Positions 54,201 to 64,000 of a stretch of 64,000 bases of DNA are shown in pieces; position 1 is the first letter of the stretch, and each line of letters starts with the position of its first letter. This DNA is from Chrysomallon squamiferum (lineage: Eukaryota; Animalia; Mollusca). The notes below the pieces were generated by a model that worked only from the letters and a program-made list of their open reading frames with translations, had not been told where the DNA came from and did no database searches. The position numbers and the translations under genes were made by a program. The DNA lies in the NCBI GenBank assembly GCA_012295275.1, contig CM022665.1, forward strand, positions 11,966,001-12,030,000, in the 5' to 3' direction.

Positions 54201-57200
54201 TACTGTTTGTTTGAGATTCCAATAAATAGTTACTTAATTTTTAATTTTTTATTTTTATTGTTATTTATTTATTTTATTTTATTTTTTGTCTCAATAAATA
54301 AATAAATGAAAACAGAAAAAAACAAAGATTTATATTATTGTTCACTATTTCTTCAATTTCTAGTAAAATGCTTTTAATACAGTGTAAAATTAACTATTAG
54401 TGGATGCCTAGAGCAATATCCAGGCAGTTACTAACTTAATCACTTTTGCATCCTGTTAATTTGCCTAGCAAGCTATAAAGCTGGTTTTGACTTAACACAA
54501 GTCACTAGTGCCATGATTTTGCATATTTGTAACTTCATTACTATGCCTGATTTTGAAATGATATTGTGTAGTTTCTAGGATACTTTTATTAAATTTAATT
54601 TTATTCTTATCTTTATGTGCCAATAGTGAAATTTGCATCTTGGACATTTGCATGATAAGTGATTTAACTTATTCATTTGGCAGCGATGTCCATACATAAA
54701 CCAAGATTTCAGATGAATAATTACTACATTCACCCTTTAAAACTTTGAGTTATAAAGCAAAATTACCTTTTTTCCTTGGCAATTCAGAATTAAAATCTCA
54801 CTCACTCTATCACACTAACATCACTTTCCTTAATTTTGATAATTAACTGCATGTATTATCATGCATGTCATACATTTTTAATATCAAAATAACACCTTCC
54901 ACAAATTGTACACTGCCAAACAAATTCATCATCAAAATTACTGAACTTCAGATTCATTATCAGGGTTATTTATATAAAGTTGATTATATTTCTAAATATT
55001 TATCACTGAAGTATTCCATTTTGAGTATAAATAATATACAATTTCCAACATTAGAATTCTAAATATTTTATTAAAACAAATAATAATAAAAAGTTTTAAA
55101 TTAAAAGTTTATATGAAGTGAAATTTTAATTAACATATTTACTAACATAACTATCTCAAACTACCTTGTTGATAATAATGCATAATGTAAGAAAAAGAAA
55201 CATGATTCAAATTTATGCAAATGTTTACACAAGAATACTTGCACACAGAAATATACTTAGACATGAACACAAAATATGGAGTTAATGATTTAAAAATGTG
55301 AGATAAAATAAAAATACATATTTTTAACAGTGTAAAATGACTTTCAGTTTTTGTAGTTTAGAGGATGCTATTTTGTTACAATAGTTTTATTCTACTTAGT
55401 ATATTTTGCACATTTTTTTCATTTATTAGTTATAGTCTTTCTTACTTTACAATTTACCTCTTACTGCTGTATCTTATTATACATATATATAATTTTTTTT
55501 TTAAATAGTTTAATAATTTACTTAAAAAACTTAATATATCACCTACATTTTTTAATGGCATTTTGTTAATTTGTTGGTTTCATTTAGTTTCTCAAATATA
55601 TTTGGGTGAGCAGTTATTCAGTAAAATAATTGCAGTATTATTATTAAATCTGCATGGATTACTTTAATTGTATTTTGAAAAAACAATCATTTCATAGGAA
55701 AAAACAAAGTACCATTAGTAATAATATATAGATTATAAGCAACTGAACAATTTGCTTATATAAAGTGTATTTTATATTTGTCTTCTCATTTTTTTTTTTC
55801 TAATTATTGTTTTTATTTTACTTAAATAATAATTTTCTCATAAGCTCATAACCAGTAAATAAATAAATAAATAAATAATACATACACTGTGGTGTAACAG
55901 CATCTTTTGAATATTTTAACATAGAATAAAGATTTATAATAGTAACTATATAGTTTGTATTTCTGCATATAAGAATTATCTTGAATCTTCAGTTTAGTGT
56001 TTAGAACTTAAGATGTGTCTGGAATAACACTGTCTTTACAGTATTGGTTCTGTACAAATTTCTTTGTGAAATACTGAAAGCAAGTTTCCTGATACATTCT
56101 TTAAAAGCTATGCATAAAGTTGATTGATTTCTTTCTTATTTAAGAAGGTGCTTACCAAGTGCATTTTATTTAAACCAAAATTATGCACCACAGCTTTACA
56201 AAAACCCAGACAAAAAATAACATTAGGAGTCTTTTCTAGCACTATTTGTCATGCAAGGTTATGTTTTCAGTAAAAGGTTAAGCATGAACAATTTTCAATA
56301 TATGCTTAACATTAAATCAAATTTCTTGTTGATGCTGTAATTAAAGATAAGTATAAATGTACTTAAATCTTTGAGTTTGAACAAACATTTATGAACTTCA
56401 CCGCTATTGTTGCAAATCTATAATTACAATTAGATAACCTTTTTTAAAAAAAACAAATAATTAAAATATATAAGATGTATTCTTTTTTCTTTTTTTTCCG
56501 TATGAAATTTTGTTTTTTTTAAATATTTTGAATAATGACCAGTAATATTTATATCCACTGTAAAATCTACTGTGACTAAAAATCCGTGACTGTTATATGC
56601 CAGTGATTTTCTCAGTGAAAGTAAATAAGTAAGAGAAAATAAATCAAAATAACCACTTACATCATTCTGTCATGTTCTGCTTTTGTTTCAACATTTCTTT
56701 TCATACAGTGTGGCTATAGACTTAGTAAATTATAGTCATAAATCTGTATTCCCAAATAAAATACTTTAAAGTACCAAAAATGTATTCATATTCTTATTAC
56801 TGCATAATTTTAATTTACTCTTCTTTCTTTTTCTTTTTTCCTTTTTTTTGTTTTTTGTTTTGTTTTCATTCATTTAATAACTATAGTAATATGATTCTTA
56901 AGATTTATTACTTACTCTAAAAAATTGTATCTACAATAGAAACCAATCAAATTAACTGTTCAGGTTAAAACAGACTGTTTTAATTCAATGAGTCTTTATA
57001 GTATTAAATATAAATATTTTTTCTTAAGTCATCATTTGAAAGGAAATCTATTTGCTTTCTGTAAAACATGTTACAAGTGAAATAGACCTATGTCTGTTAC
57101 AACTGTTATACAGGGAACTGAGCAACATTTGTCTGTTGATAATACTAGCTTCACAGACATGAAATTAACTGTTATTTGATGGATGCTGAATCAATATTTA

Positions 57201-58771
57201 TACACACATGCATTCTGCCAACATTTCCATTTGTTGAGTTTATTTGCTTTAGCATTTATGGACCTGAACAGTGTGCCCATATGTTTGAACAGACATTTAA
57301 GTAAATGTTCATTTATTAACTGTACATTGAAATGGTCATGAAGATAAAATTCAGATCTTCACACTTTCATTGGGACATTTCATTAGGCCTGTTCTTTATT
57401 GTTAACCGAAGTTTTACTGTCTTCTTATACTGGCTCATAAAAATAAGGTATTGTCCATGATCTAAAAACATGTAAACCACATAGGCATATCTGTATTACT
57501 TAACTGGTAATATAATTTCATTGTGTTGGACTTTATTCTCTTTGAAATTATGTTTTAGTGCCATATGGACACAAAGATCAATATATGTTACTATTATTAA
57601 GTTGACCTTAAAGGCTATCACTTGAAAACATTTGCATTTAAAAATTCGTTAGAAATTATAAAACAAGGTGTTACGTAAAACTGATATAACTGGCTGTGTG
57701 AGTTCATTTCAGGTTTTTAATACTTCAGTTAATGTTTCTTGTTCATTGTTTCTGTCATTAAAACTAAAAGAACTTACTGAAACTGAATACTCAAGAAATT
57801 TGAGTATCTCTGGTTAAAATAATTGCAACAAAGAGTGTCTTTGTACTGCAAGCTAGGACATAAGACTACCAGTTGAAAGTTGTTTTCAGCTGAATGTGTC
57901 TATCAAAGACAAAGGCTGGTACTGTAATTACATTATGCTTGGAGCCAATTATTGGTTATCTGTAAGGCTAGCTGTCTAATTTGTACAAGGTTAAATGATA
58001 CACTGTTAAACTAAAAAGCCACAGATTGCTGGAAATTAGGATAATGGCTATATCACCAGAAGAACATTGACATCCTCTCAAAAGGCTTTCTTACTCATTA
58101 ACCTTTTCCTTTTTTTTTACATCTAACAATCAAGGATAGAAGCATTGTGTCTCTCATTAATCTTTTGTTGATTACAAGATGCTGTTGAAAAGATACACAG
58201 TAAGCTGATGTGTACACTATTACAATTAGAACAGCTGCTTTCATTATGATCACAAAAGCAAACAAAGGGTATAAGAACAGTTTTATATTCATTAATATAA
58301 AATGTGATGTCAAGAAAACTTTATTTTTATCTGAGATGTTCTGTTGAAAAGTAATGTCAAAGACATAAAACATATTGACATCTTGATTTACCTTTCATGC
58401 TTAGAGTAAAATTACTTTTAATGAAATTAATTAGTAATTATTAATAAATATAGATTGGTGGTCTCATATATTTGTTAAATGTATGAGAGATGCCAGTGGT
58501 AAGTATTTAAGATTCAAACTGACTAGGACATTCCTGGAGAGTAGAACGTTTTAAAAATAAAAAGAAACCTTATCTTTTGATACATGTTCTCTTGTATGCC
58601 AAAAAGAGGTAAATGCTATGTAAGTATTAAACTATTTTATTATATAAAAATGGATATTTTTGATTATTTAGAAATACATTACCTTTGTTCTACAGTTTTT
58701 ATATCTGTCTATATATGTAATTAACATGTAATTAACATTTATTGTGTTTGTGTGAATGTGCTCATTTTGTG

Positions 58772-58806
<35 letters not shown>

Positions 58807-61800
58807 GCTGAAAAAATATGTTCATGTATTTGTTTTAATATTAAGGATAACAAATGATGCTAGAGAAGATGAAATGGAACAGAACATTGTTGAAGTGGCA
58901 GGGATGATTGGCAATCTTCGTAACATGGCCATAGACATGGGCAGTGAAATTACTTCTCAGAACAGACAAATAGATAGGATAAACCAGAAGGTAAACTTTT
59001 AAAATTTATTATTATAAATTTTTGCAGTTTTGTATTGTTACTGGTGATATCTGTAAATATAGCTTTTGTTCGTTTATTTATTTATTTACTTAGTAACAAG
59101 AAAAAAAGAAAAAACGAAAGTAAAGAATTAGGCTATGTAAATTTTTAATGACTATTACTACTATTATGGCAATGCTTTCTAAGCAATAAATTCTTTTCTG
59201 AACTTGATTATTTCTTTTTATAATAATAATAATTTAAAAATCGCATAAATATCCCATATTATTTTTTTGTTTGTATATTGTAAATTGTTAACCAAATACA
59301 ATTAGTCATAAACTCACATTACTATTTTAGGGTTTTGTGTTTAATTAATATGATAGGATATTCACGTGTAAAAAGTGTTAATGTTAACACATTTCACTGA
59401 TCCAATCATTATATTTGTCTGATCTTTAGCTAAATCATGTCTAGCCTTCAATTTTTCATCATCCAGCATATAATAGAAGGCTGTAAAATGTTATTTATGC
59501 GTAAAGATATTGCATAACTTTACAGAAATGCTGGGCATGATTAATCTAGAAGGTAAATGCCTTGCAATAAAAACCTTTTTCTATTATGAAAGTATATGTA
59601 ATTTAACTTCTAAAGATTTTACATTATTGTTACAAGAAATGCACAGTAGTGTAAAATAAAAGAAGATACATATACACTCTGTAGTTAACAGACACAAAAG
59701 TCAAAGTTCAAGAGATTTTCTTGATGTTATACGAGTATCTTTTTCTGGTCATTCATTTGTTGGACATAAAGTGTCTCAAGTCACATTAAAAGGAGGCACT
59801 GATCATGAAAATTAATCAATTATTAGGAAATATTTATTTCATTGTCAAAATGTTGCTGAATAGGTGTTTGGCACATTTCTCGTAAGCCTGTTCATACAGT
59901 TTTTAGTTTCGTTTTTATATGCTGTATAAAACACTACCATGCAGAAAAATTCATTAACTGTTACAATACTATAATGGGCTGCCTATTGGGAATGTTATTG
60001 GCAGATGAACCTTCAGTAAAGTGCTCTGTTAGAAATCGATCTGAGCATAATTTTGTCAGCAGTCTTTTTGAATGTTTTAAAAAAAAAAAAAAATTATTAT
60101 TGACATATTAAAAACTAGATTAATAAAATAAATTTTAAATTCATCAGATAGTTAAAAAAAAAAAAAATTAATTTTGAGTTAAGATGACTGAATTTGTCAG
60201 ATTTCTGCTAATTTAAAGGTAATTCTCAGGAATGAAAGTAAATATATATGTGAACTTCAGTTTTAAAGTCTATTTTACTAATAGCTTTACATATTCATAA
60301 TCAAAATTCAGTTTCACTGGTTAAATGAAATGAAATTTATATTTGTGTTCATGTAAATTTACATAATAAAAATACAGTTTCAGTGGTTATGAATAGATAA
60401 AGATTTCATGTAAATTTATTAAATTCAGATGCCTTAAATTAAAAAGATTTTTGGCCTTGGGAATATAATGCAGTACTAAGTACTGCATTAAAGTTAAAAA
60501 CAAAATAACTATATGACAAACATTTGAACATTTTTTTAAATTATATTTATTTATTTTAACTGGTAGATTATGATTAAGCTTATTTCATCTAATAACTTGA
60601 TCTTTCAGGCTACTTCAAATGAGACTCGCATCTGTGAAGCAAACAAACGAGCTACCAAAATCCTCAAAGATGCTTAGAATATATCAAGTGATTATCAGTA
60701 CATATATATATATATAGATAGATAGATACAGATATATTTACAGCATGCATTATTTACTTTATTCTAACCATTTTTTCTTTCGTTTTGCTTCATTTTGTTA
60801 AAGGCATGTGGAAATTGTGATGGCCTCTGCAGCTTATTATTATTTACTAATATACTTATTTTATTCAAAAAAACAAAACCAAAAAATATTACCAAATATT
60901 TTATTGCTTTTATCTGTAGGAAATAATCCTTAGACTGGATTCCTTTATTGCTTCTTAAAACTCAGAATTCTATGTGTACACCTGCTCAGCATGTAGTTTT
61001 TTAGAGCATAAAATGCTGTAAATTTTCCATAATTAGTACATTATTGTAACTGTAATTTATAATTATACTAACAGCAGTTATCCAGAGTAAAACAAATTTT
61101 AGTATATATTTATTTTATTTTTGCGATTATTGAAATATATTTTGAACTTGAAACTAGTAACACAGTACTGTTAGGGTTATTTGTTTTCTAAAACTTTTTA
61201 TTACAGACCACATATGTAAGCCATCAAATTTGTGCTGTTTAACTCCAAAACACACTGTATTTAAATTTTTAGCATTTTTTATTTTTGTTTTGTTTATATT
61301 GTTTGTTGTTTTTTTACATAGTTTAGAACTTTTTTTTTTTTTCTGTCTTGTGTTTTTAACATTTGACAAACTAAATCTTTAATCTGTGATATTACAGAAC
61401 ATGATAATCATGAACAATCTGACAATTTTTAACAGAATATTATAGGAAGATCTAAATACTTTTGAAACAGTTGTAATTAATTCCTTAGGTATTAATTCTT
61501 ATCTTTGCTAGAAAAAACATTTTTCAGAATTAAATGAACTAAGAATTAATAACACATAACTTTAAAAAAATACATTAAAAGATATATTTGTACATTGTTT
61601 CAATTTCTTGCTTTCCATCTCATATAAATGATAAACATCTATACATGTTTAGGTAATTTCAGATTCATGTTGCAAGACGTTTCTTTCAATAATAATTTTA
61701 TATTTTTTAAATTTATTATTACTATTTTTTTAATATAATTTCTTTAAAAAGCAGTTGAATGAAATTGTTCCAGTAATGGGAAGTAACTCAGTTTGTCATT

Positions 61801-62547
61801 ATAAATTATCACTCTCTTTACTTAAATGTTCTGACAAATATATGATTAAAATTTAGAATAGATTAAGTTATTGTTCTTTTAATACAGAGTATTGATTTGT
61901 AAAATGTACTTCACTGCCTGACTGAACTTCAGTGTTTATAGTCTGTTCTGAAGATTAGTTCCATTCTGTGATTGTATCATACTTTGCACTTAAGCAGTTA
62001 GTTCTGTTTTAATATGACAAAACATATTTGTTGTTTCAGATTTGACTGTCTTTATATTTATTTTGAACCAGTTATATTTCTGAAGTCAATTTTCAGTAAT
62101 TGTACCATTTTTTCTGTCAAAAGAATAACATTTTCTGGATTTTTATATATATTTATATATTATATAAGTAACTTGTATCTCAAATTTCATTGCATAATAC
62201 ATTGTTGCAATGCATAGAGTGTTCAAAAAAATTGTTAATAATTAATTTCTTAATCTGTAAACCATACAAACTGATGAAAATACTGTACCATGTTATACTA
62301 AACCTGATTATAAAATTGTTGCTCTTACAGATTCTTACTTATTTAGAATTTTTTAATTTTTTAATTTATTTTTGTTGTTATTGTTTCTGCTGCTGCATGG
62401 GCTACTGCATGTTTTTCATTCTGATTTTAGAATTCAGTTTTATTTCATTCATTTTTTAAGTTATGTTTTTACTTTTAGGCTGGCAAGTTGAATGATCGAG
62501 TGGAATCTGCAAATGTCCGTACAACAAAAATTCTTCGGAACCTTTGA
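28101..62547 (+). CDS. SNAP25: SNAP-25 (Qbc-SNARE) gene with duplicated alternative exons; e.g. 2a-3-4a-5-6b-7-8a gives 208 aa
   Basis: Exons encode [44 protein letters not shown]...[22 protein letters not shown]...[36 protein letters not shown]. Exon sizes 72/42/49/118/145 nt and their phases correspond to the vertebrate SNAP25 structure as recalled. Confidence 0.97.
32840..33920 (+). mobile_element. Decayed Tc1/mariner DNA transposon, copy 2
   Basis: Motifs [41 protein letters not shown] interrupted by stops and frameshifts; shares 5' (ggtcagttcactcctcacacatacattttattcagggt) and 3' (agctctgttcatgatgcacagttacttt) sequence with copy 1. Confidence 0.85.
37265..37375 (+). CDS. SNAP25: SNAP-25 alternative first coding exon 2b: [37 protein letters not shown]
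   Basis: 111-nt open frame from aaATG to a phase-0 donor GAG|GTAGAT. The C-terminal part ([12 protein letters not shown]) aligns in register with exon 2a ([12 protein letters not shown]). GC-rich codon-like composition in an AT-rich intron. Confidence 0.75.
38398..38490 (+). repeat. About 92-bp direct repeat, copy A (copy B at 43301-43392)
   Basis: cccagtgttctacttctcacaagcagcatttcaaagacttta...gtagtttgaccat; about 3 mismatches to copy B. Confidence 0.9.
40625..40727. repeat. (TTTTTA)n microsatellite ending in poly(T)
   Basis: Directly visible. Confidence 0.9.
43301..43392 (+). repeat. About 92-bp direct repeat, copy B
   Basis: Near-identical to 38398-38490. Confidence 0.9.
43889..43930 (+). 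CDS. SNAP25: SNAP-25 exon 3 (single copy): [14 protein letters not shown]
   Basis: poly(T)-CAG acceptor, GAG|GTAAGA donor, 42 nt. Confidence 0.96.
44690..44738 (+). CDS. SNAP25: SNAP-25 exon 4a: [16 protein letters not shown]
   Basis: ttcag acceptor, G|GTAAGA donor, 49 nt, contains the zero-layer Q of the first SNARE motif. Confidence 0.95.
46410..46458 (+). CDS. SNAP25: SNAP-25 exon 4b (duplicate of 4a): [16 protein letters not shown]
   Basis: tttcag acceptor, G|GTAGGT donor, same 49-nt length and phase, 11/16 residues identical to 4a. Confidence 0.92.
46830..46886. repeat. (AT)n/(AC)n microsatellite
   Basis: Directly visible. Confidence 0.9.
48567..48835. mobile_element. Non-autonomous hAT (Charlie-like) MITE
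   Basis: Terminal inverted repeats CAGTCATGGGCAAACT / AGGTTGCCCATGCCTG, subterminal (t/c)ggcctgcc motifs, degenerate 8-bp flanking duplication cattagta / ctttaata (6/8, central TA). Confidence 0.75.
49010..49288 (+). mobile_element. Highly degenerate SINE-like remnant
   Basis: cccattgagttatttctcatcc..tcaaaggctatg..ttgctgct..tgtggtctt..gagtacatcattaaata; resembles the same SINE family as 1552-1737 (recalled, not searched). Confidence 0.4.
51228..51275. repeat. (GT)n microsatellite upstream of SNAP-25 exon 5
   Basis: Directly visible. Confidence 0.95.
51413..51530 (+). CDS. SNAP25: SNAP-25 exon 5 (single copy): (E)[38 protein letters not shown], with the palmitoylation Cys cluster
   Basis: ttgcag acceptor, AA|GTAAGC donor, 118 nt. 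Confidence 0.96.
53453..53587 (+). CDS. SNAP25: SNAP-25 linker exon 6a: [44 protein letters not shown](R)
   Basis: ctgcag acceptor, AG|GTATTT donor, 135 nt, phase 2-2. Confidence 0.93.
53622..53753 (+). CDS. SNAP25: SNAP-25 linker exon 6b: [43 protein letters not shown](R)
   Basis: ttttcag acceptor, AG|GTATTT donor, 132 nt, phase 2-2; tandem duplicate of 6a. Confidence 0.93.
58769..58807. repeat. (TG)n microsatellite just upstream of the SNAP-25 exon 7 acceptor
   Basis: Directly visible. Confidence 0.9.
58846..58990 (+). CDS. SNAP25: SNAP-25 exon 7 (single copy): [48 protein letters not shown]
   Basis: AAG acceptor, AAG|GTAAAC donor, 145 nt; second SNARE motif with zero-layer Q. Confidence 0.96.
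60609..60677 (+). CDS. SNAP25: SNAP-25 terminal exon 8a: [22 protein letters not shown]
   Basis: ctttcag acceptor, phase 0, TAG stop; canonical SNAP-25 C-terminus (compare ADSNKTRIDEANQRATKML). Confidence 0.95.
   Translation, partial: ATSNETRICEANKRATKILKDA
62479..62547 (+). CDS. SNAP25: SNAP-25 alternative terminal exon 8b: [22 protein letters not shown]
   Basis: cttttag acceptor, phase 0, same 23-codon length as 8a, conserved A.....R(I/V)..AN.R.TKIL pattern, TGA stop. Confidence 0.88.
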   Translation, partial: AGKLNDRVESANVRTTKILRNL

Positions 62548-64000
62548 GTTCTTATGGAGGGTGGTACATTCCTGCTCATTAGATGGACATTTTATTGACA
62601 AATACTCTGTAGAATTTGTTTTATTACCCTAACCAAGTATAATCACTTACAATGAAGATTCAAATGTATATTAGACAATTTGGGACTTTACTGTCAATTT
62701 TTCATTGGCTATCAATCATAATTAATAATTAGAAATTTTATGTTGTAATTTTACTAACACTGTTTGGGTGAAGAAAGCTCTTTTAAAACAAAAAAAATGG
62801 AAAGGAAAAAATATAAAGCTTACATCAACACCCAAACAGACTTAAATTTAAATTATTGAATTGATTAATAATGTATTGTGCAATATTAGATTGGCATTGA
62901 TATGTTATTTATTATATTTTAGAAGAGCTGTATTTTCTTGATTAGTTATTAGAGTGATCTGTTAGAGATTCTGTTAAGTGTAGAGGTCCTAACCAGCAGT
63001 GTGAAATCCATTAAGCTCAAATAGCTTGATCATTCCAACCAAGTTTCTGCCCTGTATTTTGTTGTGCTCACATGTATGTCCTAGTCTCCAAACATTTAGA
63101 ACTTTAGGGAATGTATACTGAATAATTTTCTTACACTGCTTATTTTTTTTTTTTTTTTTTTATAATGGCCACTAACCAGATTTTAGCTAATTATAACAAA
63201 TAATATTGCAAACATTATTCAGTTTGTTATAGAAGTTGTTTCTGTTTTTGCCAATTTTATGTCTGATTTTAATATTAGCAATTTAATTATTAAATAAAGG
63301 ACTACAGTTGCTTAAATATTCATCTTTAGTAAATGTATGACCATAAGATAGATAACCTCTGAACAACCATTTAGTTCAGTTAAATACTAAACTTTTTCAT
63401 ACAGCTTTTTTCCTTTTTGTCTGTGAGCTTATTATAATTTAAGGACCTCTGTTACTACACTAAAGCCCATATTTAAGATTATATAAAATGTTACTAATTT
63501 GGTAGGTGTCATTTTTAGTGGGTTTTTTTTTTTTTATATATATATATATATATATAATATATATACTATGTATATCTGTAAAGTTAATAGTATTAAAACT
63601 GATGAATTATGTAACTTAAGGAAGCACTGTTTTGTTTTGTACATACTGCATTGGTATGTTGAATTTTCTTTCAGTATTTCACATGTTGATTGGTTTGTGT
63701 TTTTATATTTTTATTTTTTATTATTTATTTGTTACTTTGTTTTAAGATTACCAAAAACAGTCTTTTTCCTTAAGTCTAGTGCACATCAGACCTACGGACT
63801 GAACAAAATATTTAAGCAACATTTTGCTCAGCTAACACCTGACAATAGACATGTTTATTTATGTTTGTCCTATTTTTATTACCTTGTTGGAAAAAAAATA
63901 AAAAAATAAATAATAATAATAATTAATGCAAATTTATTTATGAATTATATCATGGAAAAAGCCTAAAACAAAACATACAAAACTATGGGTTTTTTTCCAA

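Noticed and set aside
54005-54460. gcatcctgttaa repeated twice with a partial complement ttaacagg downstream of exon 6b
   Set aside because: Short matches, all on the same side of the exon pair; not enough to claim competing RNA structures.
28101-62547. Two tandem SNAP paralogous genes
   Set aside because: The duplicates are interleaved (2a,2b,3,4a,4b,5,6a,6b,7,8a,8b) with single copies of 3, 5 and 7, so two separate genes cannot be built.
2941-63909. Numerous 60-140 aa F/I/L/K-rich ORFs in the track
   Set aside because: Composition reflects AT-rich introns and microsatellites; no domains or splice-consistent context.
1-64000. Prokaryotic systems (CRISPR arrays, operons, defence islands), tRNA or rRNA genes
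   Set aside because: The sequence is spliceosomal eukaryotic DNA; no regularly spaced repeats or recognisable tRNA/rRNA motifs were seen.

Overview
AT-rich (roughly 30% GC, estimated by eye) intron-containing animal genomic DNA, most likely a mollusc/gastropod (inferred from the invertebrate-type SNAP-25 sequence and the repeat content; species not determinable). It holds three spliced protein-coding genes, all reconstructed by hand with GT-AG junctions and consistent phases. (1) A 5-exon F-box/FBA-lectin gene (FBXO2/6/27/44 family, + strand, 10-2731, 253 aa). (2) An 18-coding-exon ZNF106 orthologue (- strand, 4840-21995, about 2125 aa; N-terminal zinc fingers, long low-complexity middle, coiled coil, WD40 propeller, two C-terminal C2H2 fingers). 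(3) A SNAP-25 gene (+ strand, 28101-62547) divergent from ZNF106. The main discovery is that the single SNAP-25 gene carries four internally duplicated exon pairs (2a/2b, 4a/4b, 6a/6b, 8a/8b) alternating with single-copy exons 3, 5 and 7, giving up to 16 isoforms. Each pair has a different visible exclusivity mechanism, including a 34-nt intron between 6a and 6b. The variants differ at synaptotagmin-interface, PKC and botulinum-toxin positions. The head-to-head ZNF106/SNAP arrangement matches human ZNF106/SNAP23. Also present: two decayed Tc1/mariner elements, a hAT-type MITE, SINE-like remnants, microsatellites and an unexplained GC-rich structured intronic island. Most short ORFs in the supplied track are spurious.
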